This document shows positions 1-12,980 of a stretch of 64,000 nucleotides of DNA, piece by piece; the stretch's first letter is position 1; each line of letters begins with the position of its first letter. Source of the DNA: Harriotta raleighana (Eukaryota); assembly GCA_050575255.1 (NCBI GenBank), contig JBNZDD010013714.1:8749900-8813899 (forward strand). Reading direction: 5' to 3'. The notes under the pieces were generated by a model that searched no databases, was not told the DNA's origin, and saw nothing but the letters and a program-made list of their open reading frames with translations. Position numbers and translations under genes: made by a program.

Positions 1-1343
1 CTGTATAACAATAGAATGAAACATGTAGCTGTGAGGCAATACAATTTGTTCTTTTTAAACGAGAACTCGAGGTTGTTACTAATTAATGGGTATTGGGAGA
101 GAGAAAAAAAACTAATTGGTGATGGGTGGTATTAATTTATTTATATCAAATATGATAGTAACAACAGGATGCTAAAATGAAGACTGACACTTAACAGGCA
201 ACCAACTGGCAGCAGTCAGAAATGGTTTTGGAATTTGATTCTGCAGCGAGATCTCCAGAGATAATGACATCAAGTCATTCGTTGGCTTGAAAATAAACAG
301 CAGCTCCAGAATTGTAACTTTGTGCAATATGTTGCCTCTCATAATATCAAAGCTCACTCATGTTTGGAAGGTTTAGATTCATATACAGTAATGTACAGTA
401 TATATATTATATATATTTTTTAAAAAGTGCAAATCTCTGAAAACATCTGACACAGCTCAGTAGCTGGGAGACATTGTGCATCTGGCAAGCAAACCCTGTT
501 GTTAAAAAATAATCCCAGTTCAATATAGAAATTGTAACAGATTCAAAAATATGTAAGTGAAGCGGAGAGTGTAACGGTTGGACTGAATGGGCCCAGAGGA
601 AGCACGAGAGTTCTACCCTTTTTGACACCGATTCACGAATGCATCGTGAAGTTTATTGGGATGGTAAATGCTGGGTACTTACTAACACTAGATCACAAGC
701 ACTCACATATGGTTGACACAAAGATCCTTTTGCTCCCAGGATCCAAGCACTGTACTGTAACACTATTGATTGGAATGCTGGTAGTAATCACACAAATCAA
801 ACATTTTAACAACAGGAAATGGACCACTTGGCCTTTGCTCTCGAGTCACGTTAGATTCCGGCAGCAATAACAGGAACAAAAGCAACTTTGAAACACAAGC
901 AATGTTTTAGGCCGGGAGTGTGAGTTTATGAAAGAGGCAACATTCAGCTGATAACGTTATGTGCGGGAACCACCAAGGTGTCCAAATGCTGCAACAAATG
1001 CTTTCTAAGTAAGTAAATGACTGTTCTTACACACAGAAGATTGCAGGAATAATATTAAAGAGATGAATCCCTTCCAAGATCAAAACTGAATCACCTTGGT
1101 TTATAAACAATTTTGGCTTATCTTTGACATTGCTTAATTTTTCTCTAACGCAAGAGAGCCCGAAGGATAACCTCTTTAGGATCTTCCACAATCCACCTCG
1201 CAGGAGGTGGGTCTCTTTCAAAAGGGACGCGATGTTTCACCTGACCTGATGGGAGTTTCAACAATTTATGGAGATTAGCAGGGCTGATTCAGCCAAATGT
1301 TCCATTATGATGAACGTTTTAAACACAAGGGAGCACAGTAAAT

Positions 1344-1477
1344 TAGGAATTTGGGAGGAAGAAGGGTGGGAATTCAGCCAGATGCTGTGTTTGCCTGAAA
1401 AACAGTCACTACACTTGACAGTAATTAATTGTAAAGCACTTTGAGGCATTTTATCTTGACAACTTGCTATAAAAATG
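1344..1477 (+). repeat. Old SINE/L2-type 3' segment, copy 1 of a local pair
   Basis: Matches 2332-2531 with an identical 49-nt core (gaagggtgggaattcagcc...aaacagtcac); ends in a degenerate L2-like tail (gcactttgaggc...gctataaa). Confidence 0.7.
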
Positions 1478-2169
1478 CTATTTTTTTTTAACTTAAGAAG
1501 CTTGTGATTAATTCATTACACAAAAAATGACATAATGACTATAATGGCAAAAGTAGATTTAAAGCCCCCCAAAAACATGCAGTTTTCTGCTGAGTGTTAA
1601 TGGTACAAAAATACAACCAGAGACAGCGTAAGTCCAACCATTGATCGTTAGACCCATGATATTTCTCCCTGCTTCACTTATAGACCCACAATTTCTAAAG
1701 CCACCAAATCCCCCAAGACATCACTGCAGAGCTGTGTGAGTAGGTAGTCTGGTAAGTGTCAGCTTTGACTTTGTCATCTATTGTCACTGTCAGATCTCCT
1801 GGTGTACCACTGTCCATTTTTCACCTTTGTGAGAGATAGACTAATTATAGCCTGGGGAAGGTGCATCTCCTATCCTAAGGTTTGCCCTCTTGTCTAATAG
1901 CAGAATTTCTGGTCAAGTTAGAGCAATGTTAGTTTGACTCCTGAGAAAGTATGTTGCCCCACACCAATAAATCTAATCCATGTCCTCTGTTCGCAATCAT
2001 TCAGCAGATCTCTTTTCTTCCAACAGGTCTCATGTTTTGGTCAGGTGGGATATTGACAAATGCATGACCATTGTCACTCTTTAAGACTCTTCAGTTTCAA
2101 CTTTCAAAAGTTCTCAGGAAAGAGCAAACTCTTTTCTGTTATGACTACTGTATTATTTCATCCAAACAT

Positions 2170-2268
2170 TCATTACACTTTGCAGTATATTCTGTGAAGT
2201 GCTTTGAGACATCTCAACAACATGATAACATGCAATATCAAATGCAAGGATGATTATTATTATTATAT
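2170..2268 (+). mobile_element. SINE 3' tail fragment of the dominant (TTA)n-tailed family
   Basis: cagtatattctgtgaagtgctttgagac...atatcaaatgcaaggatgattattatt, similar to the full copy at 24437-24740. Confidence 0.8.
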
Positions 2269-2331
2269 CATCATTTGGGGGCTTTTTTTGTTGCAATTTT
2301 GTTTTAAAAAATCATTTTTATATTATTAGTG

Positions 2332-2531
2332 TAGGAATTCAGGAGGAGGAAGGGTGGGAATTCAGCCAGATGCTGTGTTTGCCTGAAAAACAGTCACCAC
2401 ACTTGATAGTGATTAATTTGAAGCACTCTGAGACGCCATCCGGCGTGGAGGGCGCTATATAAATCAAAGTTGTTGTTGTTAATTGTAGAGTACTTTGAGG
2501 CACGTTGTCTTGACAATTTGCTATAAAAGTG
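2332..2531 (+). repeat. Copy 2 of the old SINE/L2 segment, interrupted by a 60-bp L2 tail (2419-2478)
   Basis: Direct comparison with 1344-1477; insert ends (TTG)n and is flanked by TTAATT at 2413-2418 and 2479-2484. Confidence 0.75.
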
Positions 2532-2624
2532 AAATTGTTTTCCATTACAATTCTAAACAGAAAACTGAGTATATATCAACAATTTAAAAATACACTGAAA
2601 GAGTTAAAGTAGTAGTGTCTCCCT

Positions 2625-2823
2625 CAAAACCAACATCTAGCAATTTTATATTCCCTCCATACCAAGTGGCATCTCAGAGGGTTTTATAATGAGGAGTCCA
2701 AGGCTGAGCCAGGGGTGACAGTAAGTGCAGTCAAAGAGAAAGGTCTTCAGGCACAACCTGAAGATGGGAAAAGAGAAGGTGAGACGAAGGAAGTGGGGGA
2801 GGGAGTTCCAATGTTTTGGGGCA
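2625..2823 (-). mobile_element. Old L2 LINE 3' fragment
   Basis: gtcaaagagaaaggtcttcagg...gggagttcca aligns by eye to the young L2 at 28803-28890. Confidence 0.65.
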
Positions 2824-4908
2824 TATTTTAAAAATTAAACAAATGTAAAGATGTAGAATCAGCATTAACATTCCTTTGTTTTGCTCTATGTATTCTACAG
2901 CAACAACTAGTTTGACTTGGTACAAATTGTGAATGTTGGCAAATCTCCCTCACGCTGTTGGACTTAGAATAGGATGTCAATATTGATCCAGAAACGCTTA
3001 ATTTGTGCTCAGTCCTAGTGTAAGCTTTCTTTACTATATCTAGCTGAAAATCCACTCCAAAGTGTTCCATTTGAATAATGTGAAAGTATGATATTGCTTT
3101 TTTTAGAAGCTGGGCTAATGATAATCTACAGCACATCTCTGGCCTCTCTGCTCTATGTGATGTGCCATTCAGTTCTGCCAATGTTGCTTTTCAGATGATC
3201 AATAGGACAATATATAAAAGGCCCAGGGTGATTTGGCTTCCGTTTCCCTTACTATCTTAAAGATGTGCGTAAACTGCTTTCACCACGTCTCCCTGTCTAC
3301 TCAACTAAGATCCAGTACTCACCATCAGAATAATGGACGTATACCTTTAATCTACTATAGTTGGCTTCACAACCTGGGCCTTGACAGAATGATTGAACTA
3401 GCAATACATCCAAGATTTTAGGTTAATTTGAATTTAATCAGAAACCTCCTTTATACAAATTCACAAATTTAAGTTTTTTTTAAACACTAAAAAATTATAT
3501 TTGTAAGTAATTTGTCGAAACACAATTCTTGATGCAGGCTTTTATGTTGCTGCTAACTGTTCAAGAGAATTTATTCATATTTATACTCAACAGCCTTCGA
3601 TGCCAATGGACTTCATAGAAACCTCTAGGACATACAGTGTCACCAAAATTATTTATACACATGTCACTTGTTATTAAAATCATCACCCATTAAATAATGC
3701 TGCTTTAAAGAATCACAGGTAAGTAATGTAAAGTCAATCTTAATGAATGCAAAATTAGTAAAGGATTATTTTTAGGATTATACCTCTGGCAATTGTTTTT
3801 TGTCACCCACTCCTCCATACCAAAAAATTTTTTTATAGGTCAACCAACAAAATCTGAAATGTGATCTTTTAACATAGCCGAAAGTTAAAGATATTGATGG
3901 TAACTCACTGTGACAGCAAGAATACGGAGGTTATTCCAAGAGTGTGAAAGACCAGTAACTCCCAAGCCCTGTAGGGGTAAGTGAGTTCTCAGTCTTTCAC
4001 AATGAGTGAATTGGCAATGTAGCTCATCACAGTAAATTCTGTTTAGCCAAAGGAAATTCTTTCACTCGCAAACATTTATGGGTTACACCTGTGGCTGCTG
4101 AGCTAATCAGAGGACTGAGGATTGATAAAATCCATGTAATCAGTCCCTCGCCCTCAACACCAAAGAAAAAAAACAACAGCGATCTTCAAGTTAGGGATTC
4201 CTTCCATCAGCCTTTCTAGCAACAGAGACCTCAGAAATTAGTCAACTAAATAGGGGTAAAGTGGACTTCTTATTCCTGTAGGTGAGAGCTGAAAGCTGAC
4301 AGGCATTTTGCAAACAGTTAAGGAGCTGCTGTTAAGTCAAAAGGAAAATACTGGAGCTTTTAGTACAAGGGCTTTCGATTTGATTCAACCTCACCACAAT
4401 TTCCTGTGAGTTTCTGATAGGAATATATTCTGGTGAAGTGTGAATACCAGTCTACCTTCTGTGAGTACCAGTCAAATCCTGACATCTATTTGATGTTTGA
4501 AGCCACGTGGATTATCTTCTATTTGTCCTTGCAGTCATTTTGTGAAAACAAATCACGGGTCAAAACTTCTTTGGTATTAGAAAGTAATAAGGGCACAATT
4601 GTCTTAGTACTTAATTATGGAATCTGATATAGTATCCGTGATATATGGCAGTTTCATCAATTGACAATGTATTGTTGATCAAAGATGAATCTGTGCAACT
4701 ATGATTGCTTCTGAAAATGAAAGCTTAAATCAGTAAAATGGTATAGTATCCTGGTATATCCAAGCATCTGAAGAGCTATGCTATGAATATGTGCTATGTT
4801 ATGTGCAAAATTCTGAACTTCTTCATCACATTTGGTAGGGAATTACCCCCACAATAAAATAAACAGGATAGAAGGAGGGTTTTGACATGAATGAAACTGT
4901 GTTATATA

Positions 4909-5015
4909 ATAATAATCCTTGGGTTTGATGTAACACTTTTCACGTCTTCTAGACTTCCCAAAGCACTTCACAGAGTATACAATAAAGTGAATTGATTGCA
5001 TATATTTGTGGATGA
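4909..5015 (-). mobile_element. SINE 3' tail fragment
   Basis: ataataataatccttg...cacgtcttctagac...aagcacttcacag, the reverse complement of the family tail. Confidence 0.8.
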
Positions 5016-5189
5016 AAGTTAAAAAGAGAAAGAACCTGTGCCCACAAATAGAAATAAAAATAAAATTGCATCAAGGTGTTTTGTAACACGTTACTGAGAA
5101 AAACTGTAGAATTTTTAAACTCCTGTTTCCAACCAGCTGTGGTGAAGCAGAATCGATAATGCCGTGCTAAGTAAACTAACTCAGTTAGG

Positions 5190-5700
5190 TTCAGATCCCC
5201 AGATGTTATACTGAAACTCTAGTCAGGCTGCACCCAGACAACTGCACATAGTTCTGGTCGACCCAACATAAGGCCCTAGAGAAGAGGACCAAGAATGATC
5301 TGCAGTTTTCAAAGGAATGAGCTATGAGCCACCATTATTTAGGGCTCTTGAGGGAAGTTGCCTCAGAAGCGGCCTTATAGAGCTGTACACAATTTTAAAT
5401 GGGAATGAAAAACTAAATTCAGAAAAACACTTTACAATGCACTTAGACAGTAGAATAAGGGGACACAGATTTAGAGTTGCAAATGACAATTTCATAACAG
5501 ACATCAGGAAGTTTTTCTTTACCCAAAAGATAATTGACAATTGAACAGGCTGCTGTTGGCAGTGTGGTCCAGGACACTGGACTCATTTGAAAAACAGAAT
5601 TGATGCTGTGATGGACAGGATGATATGGTGTGTCTTCTGGAAGGATGAGATCAAGGATGGGGCAAAGGGCTTTCTACATCCAAATAAATGTTGCGATTTT
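5190..5700 (+). mobile_element. Degenerate CR1 LINE 3' fragment (ORF2 C-terminus)
   Basis: Translation LRSGLIELYTILNG...RIRGHRFRV...DIRKFFFTQKIIDN parallels the CR1 C-terminus at 57128-57613 (RRDFIEIYKI...TRGHSLK...KHFFTQRVVN). Confidence 0.85.
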
Positions 5701-8700
5701 GTGACTTTTAGGGAGCGCACCATACCATGTGTAGGTGTAAGCAATTCAATCGTACACTGCACAAGCAATATCACCTCTTCTAGTTGTGGCTTTCACGTTA
5801 CAATTATTTGTAATTTTTTAAAAAATTGGCGTGTGTGAGATAAAATCATTCGAATAAGGGAAGACCAGCGATTTACAGCCCAATAAATTAACTAAGTACT
5901 GTATATAAAATCTTATAAAAATCCATCTGATAAGCATGCTGGTGATTATATAAAAGCGAAAAGTGACTGATTCTACTTCTTACCCATAGCTGTCAATTAA
6001 AAAAACATAAAAGGGATAAGAATAGCCCCTACAGTTTTGTGAATGTAAGTATTTCCATGGTTCTTGTGCACTAATTTGACATAAGTGTTATTGAGGCCCC
6101 AAGACATGAAAACAAATTTCAATCCTTTTTTTCTGCTATTTCTTTCAAATTGTGTCACAGTAGATTTTTCACCGCAAATTGCCATGCAACACCAGTCATT
6201 TCCATCCGTGTAGAAAATAAATGCTCTGCTTCTGAAATATCACCCAATAAAAAGAGAAAATATGGACACTTGCACTATTTTACATTTTTCAAACGGTATT
6301 TGTGCTTTCTAAATGAAAATAAAACTTTCCGGACATATCCTATCATTTCACTATTCTGGCAATGAATTCTAAAACCCATTGAAAGGATCACCCAATTAAT
6401 AATCAGCATGGATCCTACACACTGCCTTCACAGACACCTATTAGAAATTCTGCTGGACCCTCATGTGGGAATATTGATTAACTTGCAGCAAGAAGACTCA
6501 TTCCTTAAACTGGTGTCAAATATCTCCTTCGAGTCATAAAATGTGGCTTCAGATATTATAGAGTATTTTTCCTTTCTGGAAAAAAAAATCCAGTGTTCTG
6601 TCCAACTAAACCAGGCCAAATTTGTCAAGATTTGGTCCCTTGTTCTCAACTGCTGTCAAATACTAAAAGTCTTCCCACGTCTATATTAATAGAGCAAAAC
6701 GGCCCTTTTGCAGATTACTGTCATAGAAAAAACCACTGCATTTAAATATAAATCCTAACTAAATCTGTGTATGTTTCTCTCATTGTTATGCACAATTGTG
6801 CAGTATTCTCTTGTATCATGTGAAATGCAGTATGCAAATAATGTTCTGGTGAAAATGGATGGTTTTACTATAAATACATACTGTTTTAACAAAAATGCTT
6901 TGGCTATGCCTTGAATCATACTGTTACAATCAAGTTCACAAAAGGGTGGGTGGGGGTGGTGTAGGTGTTGCTATTTAAACTGTAAAGTATTTATCCCTGT
7001 ATATGTCCCATTAGCATTAGGTGTGAAACAAGACATACCATTGAAAAATAATCAGCATTGAAAGGTTCCTCCATAGAGCTCAGGAGACAGTCATTTGAGT
7101 GAAGCAGATGTGAAGTGAATACACTTCACTGACTTCAGGTGGAGGGATCCTCATAGAGTGCATGCACTAGGCAGCGTTGAATCCTGTGTACGCACTGATG
7201 GACTCACCGTCCTTGCTTTAAAGCTGCCTCTGCCAGATGCTGTTGTTTGTTAGCAGAGGACACAGCAAAACACAGCAGGGACAGTTTTATAAATAGGGCC
7301 AATTGTGTTTGTAACAAAAAGCTATAACCTTCTGTATGGCATTACACTTTCAACTCTGTCGAGACATAAAACAAAATCATAACTAAGCCGAATATTTTTA
7401 TGCTTTCATAAAGATAAATTCATGTGTCTCCTGCACAATGTGAATTTGTCATCGATAGACTTTCATCAGTCATCCCATATTGCATTTCAGATCTCAAAGG
7501 TAATTGAAAGCTCAAAAAGTATTATACTGAAGACTTACAAAAAAGGAAAGTCACAATGATAAATAAGGGTTTTAACATAACTTTTGCAGAAGGAATCACT
7601 AAATCCCGAAGCTGTCTCTGTTTATCAGATGTACTGATTAAAACAAGTGACAAAATATATATTGAACATATACTTGCTGCTGGATATGCCCAAGAGTGTT
7701 GGGTGTGATCGTGTGCTGTGTCCCACAAGGCTGAATCTCTTGATAGCTGTAATTCTTCAATTTATGCCATTGATACTGTATTCATCCTTATAATGATTGA
7801 TCATAGTTTTCCTATCAAATTTGACTGTCTTAGCTTTCACACCAGAAAGGCTGGGTATTTAGTCACTGACATACCCAGTGACACATATCCCCTCCCAAGA
7901 GTTAGCACTGGTCAAAATTCAATCCATAAATTCTGAAACCTCAGCAAGGGTATACATCACATGATGGTTAGTGCTGGCGAATGGACTTGATGGGGGCTCA
8001 GATTTTGCACATTCGCTGGCGTTCATTCAGTACTGATTAGCTGGTGCATATAGCCTCTGTTATGTAAACTCTTACTGATAAGAGTTAGAGTAGAATGTAC
8101 CACACAACCACTTCAGCCTCGGTAGATCACCTTTTATCCACCTGGAAAGTATTTTCAGGAATTCTGAGTAAAGACCCTTTTATTTCCTTCTGAACAATTT
8201 CCTTTCGGAAATTGTTCAATTACTTACATTCCATTTCAAATAATCATCAGTACTATTGTTATTTAAGTACTGACCACTATAGATGGCGTGCTTGAACAAT
8301 TAGGTAAAGCAATATCTCTGGTGGGATGCATCTCTCAGTAAAGAGAGCAGATGATACATTATTTTTCAGATCATTGGCACAACTAGCAAACCTGCCAGAG
8401 AGGAAATAAAGTCTTGTTCTCCATTGATCAGCCAATTCACGAACATAATGTTAATGTAAGTTTATTAATGGGACAACTCTTATTATAATTTCATATTGCA
8501 ACTTTACCAACAAATGTCTTACTTTTCAATGGGGCTTACCTTCAACTTCTGCTTTATATCATGTAACTTCCATCACTTCACCTGCAGAGATCTCCAAGTG
8601 GATGAGACACAGTTGATGCTGCCAGAGACATATTTCCTCCCTTGATGCCTTCTTTGCATATTAGGAGGGGGTTGTCCTTTCCCATGAGAAATGTCCTTTC

Positions 8701-9229
8701 TCCATAATTGTTTTCGCCAACATTTACAAGAAATTGCTCATGAACACATTGACCTTGGGTTTAGCTGCTGTTGTTAACCCACTTTTCACCACAATTCTCC
8801 ATTCTGCAGCTTGATTCTCTGACTTTTTGAAGTTTTTAGAGGTCAAGCAGCTCATTAGCTGCTCCAGAAGCGTGAAAAGATCATTAGAGAAGGGGTGCTT
8901 TGCAATTGGCTGCCACTTTTCCATTACAGCTTGAAAAATTCACATTTCTTACAGTTTCCACTTAAGAATGCCGGGCACTCCACTTGATGCAGTCAATGAC
9001 ATTGATAAAAGTTTGAGAAACATCCTTTACCCTGTTTATTTGATAGGAAGAATGTCCAAGGCCATCCTATCACTGTTTCCATAGAAATCACTGGAGATGG
9101 TTGCAATCAAGATAATTAAAATGACTATTCAAACATGCTTCTTCTGCTCATTATTATGCCCACAAGATTTGGGGGCTACAGTCCTTCCCTAACCAACCTA
9201 CCCTGATGAGTTACATAGGTCTCATTAGT

Positions 9230-10330
9230 AGGGTAAAGGCCTTAAAGCAGAGTTTGAGCAATATGGCTGTTGTATATTTGCGTCCTTAAAAAAGATGAGA
9301 CTTGCATAAAAATGTGGCGTTTTCTGTACAGCTGTCACTTCAACAGATATTTAGTAAAAGAATCATGCAATTTAGGATGAATGCAATTGGGATGACTTGG
9401 CAGAGGGTGGCCAAGTTCCAGTGCTCATGATTGGCTTTCAACAGATTGAACAGCAACTGAACCACAGTCTATTGGGAATGCGTCAAGCTGCCACCAATCA
9501 TGTATTCCATACTCATGCAATATATGGGTTTTTATTTGCTCCACTAGGTGCTCTATCATGAAAAACATGGAGTTCCATCTAGTTGTCATGTCCTGTATCA
9601 GATGTGCTGGCACATTACGTTCTCTTTAGAAACATTCCAGCTGCTCTATAGTTTTCGCAGAGAAATGGAAATGTCCCAGGTTTCTTCAAATAATGGCGAC
9701 AATGTTTGTCACTGATTTTGTAGTTCCCCTGAGAATTATCCACAGCAAGATTTAGTGTGTATGCAAAACAATGCGTATTACAGTAACTACCATCCAGTCC
9801 AGCTTCCCTCATGTTAACGCCATTATCTGTAATAATCATCCTGACTGTCAAGTTATTGGAATGAATCCACTCATTCAACAAGAACTGTAAAAAATGAAAG
9901 ATGTTGGCAGCTGTGCATTCACCCTCTAACAGGGCGACCTCCAGCAGTGCCAATGCATGATAATCATTACCAGAGCACCCAATGGACTACGGATGGAAGG
10001 TAACTTAGTGTGCGATCGGGGACAAATATTTGTTAGATGTGGAGCTGCTCCATATGTCAGTAGTGAAGGCACTAGCAATTGCCTTTGCATCTTTTGTCAG
10101 TGATTGCATATTATGTTCCTTTCACAGCCTAATAGACATTTCGAATAATTGAAAGCACAGAAAGTACAATGTAGAGGAATGGTCTATATATGAATGGCAA
10201 ATAATTAGTAAATCTCTGAACTCCATATACTCCGAGTGTGGCTGGAGGTCAACATCTATCATTTCCTCAACCATCTGTATAATCTTGGCAGCAACAGGAT
10301 GGTTAGCAGAAAATTTAGTCCTGAACTCAG
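9230..10330 (-). mobile_element. Fossil hAT (Ac-like, ZBED4/ZBED6-related) transposase with stops and frameshifts
   Basis: Ordered motifs on the minus strand: HPVAAKIIQMVEEMIDVDLQP; AFTTDIWS...YLSPIAH*V; ALLEV; IITDNG; HCFAYTLNLAV; HLIQDMTTRWNSMFFMIEHLVEQ; ATLCQVIPIAFILN; KYTTAILL. Confidence 0.9.
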
Positions 10331-12189
10331 GAGGGGATTGTTGAATGGTTGAAGTTCCTCCATTGGGGGCGGGGGGAAAAAAATATTGTATGGCAAAAAG
10401 AGGAAATGCAACAGAATTTCTGTTGTTACCATTGTCATGGCTGCCGCAAACCATTTTGTGTTTAATTTTCATCCCATTTGATCAGTCATCAGATTCAGTT
10501 CAGGAAGCTGAAGGTGCCACATCAATGTATTCATTCCCAAATTAGCTTACTACTTCCCTGTACTAATATGTGTTTGATAATGTCAACAAACACCTTTCAG
10601 TTCATTGTAAGGGTTCATGATAACAGATGTTTATTTTAAAAGCTGGCAAGAAATCTGTATTCCTCATGGAGAATGATATTGGCAGTTTGAACTTTACTGT
10701 GAAAAGCTGTTATATCTTTTAAATACTGCCAGAGACAGGGGAAATCTTGGTGATGGCAACAGTGAAAGCTGTTATTGTATACAGTGAAGGTGCTCTTCCT
10801 GGCAGCTAGAGAATGGGAATGGTTTTTATTCCAGTCAGAGGCAGATTCTGCTGCCTAAGGGAAAACAGCCGTAGTCAATTCCGAAACACGCAGCAATGAA
10901 AGGTTTCTGAGAAACAGCAGGAACAGGCATCTAAAATGAATCAGAAATAGCAGTCTCCCAAAAGGTAACGAGGAAAGAATTAGGAGTCAGGAAGGTGTGT
11001 GAGGAAATATTTTCATTTCTAGTTTTATTTGGTAGCTTGATTTAGAGCTATAAGCATCAAATGTGTTTTTTTTAATAAGATGATGGAACTCAATTTTGGT
11101 TTACTCCATAGAAACCTTCAAAGGTAATGCAAAATGGGAATAAAATAATTCTGCCCGGGTTATAAGACTTTGAAAGATTCGTGTTATCGGTGGCAGAAAG
11201 GCTGCAATTTTATCTGTAACAGTGCTTAGTACCTCGTCACTTGCTCATTTTTCAATGGTTCTGCATGATCTATCTCGAATATTTTATTCAGCATTTCAGA
11301 ACCATCAACATCAGGGAAATGTTAGGAGTGACATTTATGATCAGCAAGAGTGAGCAGATTGCAAACCCACTTAAAAATATTGTGCTGTGTTTATTCGTCA
11401 AGTGATTAGGTTAGAATTATAAAAGCAAAATGAGTGATCGGCATTGGTAATGAGTGGCGCTTGGAAGATATGCAAATGTAGTTACACAATATGAATGACA
11501 CACAACTCAAAGTGGCAGCTCAAACTTATCGGCTGCAGTTTATGGACTTGCTGAAAGTGGTACTGAAAGAGGTGATGTCTCAAGCTAATAATCCAAATTT
11601 AAATGTCTTTGACAAACTAAAATACTTACATCGTTTAGACATTTATTATCATAATGGACAGAATTCTACCTTCATTTCAATAGTAAATTTGAGTGCTCAT
11701 TTAATATTTAATCAGCCTTTAAGGGGTTTTAAGTGTAGATGACATGCTTCTATTGAAAGCATCTTCCTGAGTGTTGCAACACTTGTCCCAACTTGTGAAC
11801 TTCAAAAGCCCATAATTTCACAATGGATTACCTGATATAAGTGATGTGAAAGCATTTGAATAGTTGTGATATCATAAATAGAATTTTTTTTTTTTAAATT
11901 CACCTAGGACATATTTCAACATTTGGGCAATCTGAAGCACAGTATAAATTCTATAAAGCCAGAGCAATAAATTAGTATCCTTTTCTCCCAAATATGTTAT
12001 CATAATTTTCTGATGAATCTCTAGGGGAGCATCTGAATCTTTGCAGTCTACTACAATGGGCATTGAACTTTTCATAACTTAATATGTATCAATTTTCCCT
12101 TTAGTCTAGTGGGAAACACGCATATCCCAGTGATCCGCATAAGTGTCCATTATCACCATTTTCACTGTTGCTGGTGAAGAGTTTTATCT

Positions 12190-12365
12190 GTGCAGCCCCT
12201 CCTTGAGACGATCTATCCAACATCTGATAATGTACTATTACATATATTGTTCCTCTGCTTGTACAGTCTAGGGATATGTCCCTATTACCTGTGGTTTAAA
12301 GAGTCCTGTACCCTTGTCATTGGAATCAATCTCTGGATTAATTCTCCGAAGATCTCAAAATCTGA
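12190..12365 (-). mobile_element. Possible very old CR1 fragment
   Basis: cttgtcattggaatcaatctctgg resembles CR1 minus-strand ctcatcccaggaactaacctagtg (57497-57520); weak. Confidence 0.35.
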
Positions 12366-12959
12366 ACTCATAGCCGAATCCCATGTTTGTCAGTGTGAGT
12401 CATGTAATTACAACAACAGCAATAACTTGCAACTTAGCATCTTAGAGCGCTTAAATAGTCATTCTGGCTAATGACTATTTCTGGGTATGTAAGGGATCTC
12501 TTGCTGGATCAAAGAACAAAGAGTTTAACTTAGAAGCAGAAGTTTATTTTGACAAGAACCTAGATTAAAACAAAATAGTGTTTGTTCGGAATTTGGACCA
12601 GTGGGAAGAATCCCTGCCCCCAGTGATTGGTCTGCTTTTCCAAGTCCTGCCAATGAACCAGGAGCATGGCTGGTGTGGATCAGCATTGCCCTGAAGTCAC
12701 TCCTGACTTAGACACCGGACAATGGCTGACTCCATTCTGAAATTCTGTGGCTAAGCAGGTCACCTGGGCACTGGGCTGGCTAGACACTAGAATTGGTCAG
12801 CATCTTTGTTTGTTTATTTGTTCGTTTGAAAGAGAAAAAGGCTTGAAAAAGATCCATTCCCAAAACCCAACTATTGTGATGTTGCAACCAGAGAAAAAAA
12901 TATTCCCACACTCACCAACTCCGTGATAATTGTCGTGAAAACACAGTGCTGCCCAGTAT

Positions 12960-12980
12960 TCTCTCTCTCTCTCTCTCTCT
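12960..12980. repeat. (CT)n microsatellite
   Basis: About 10 TC/CT units read directly. Confidence 0.95.

Noticed and set aside
1027-1245. Minus-strand ORF ending at a GTAAGA donor-like site
   Set aside because: Weak acceptor, no recognisable peptide, other frames stop.
8539-8580. AG/GTAAG-flanked 42-nt minus segment
   Set aside because: Stops in all three frames and a poor pyrimidine tract.
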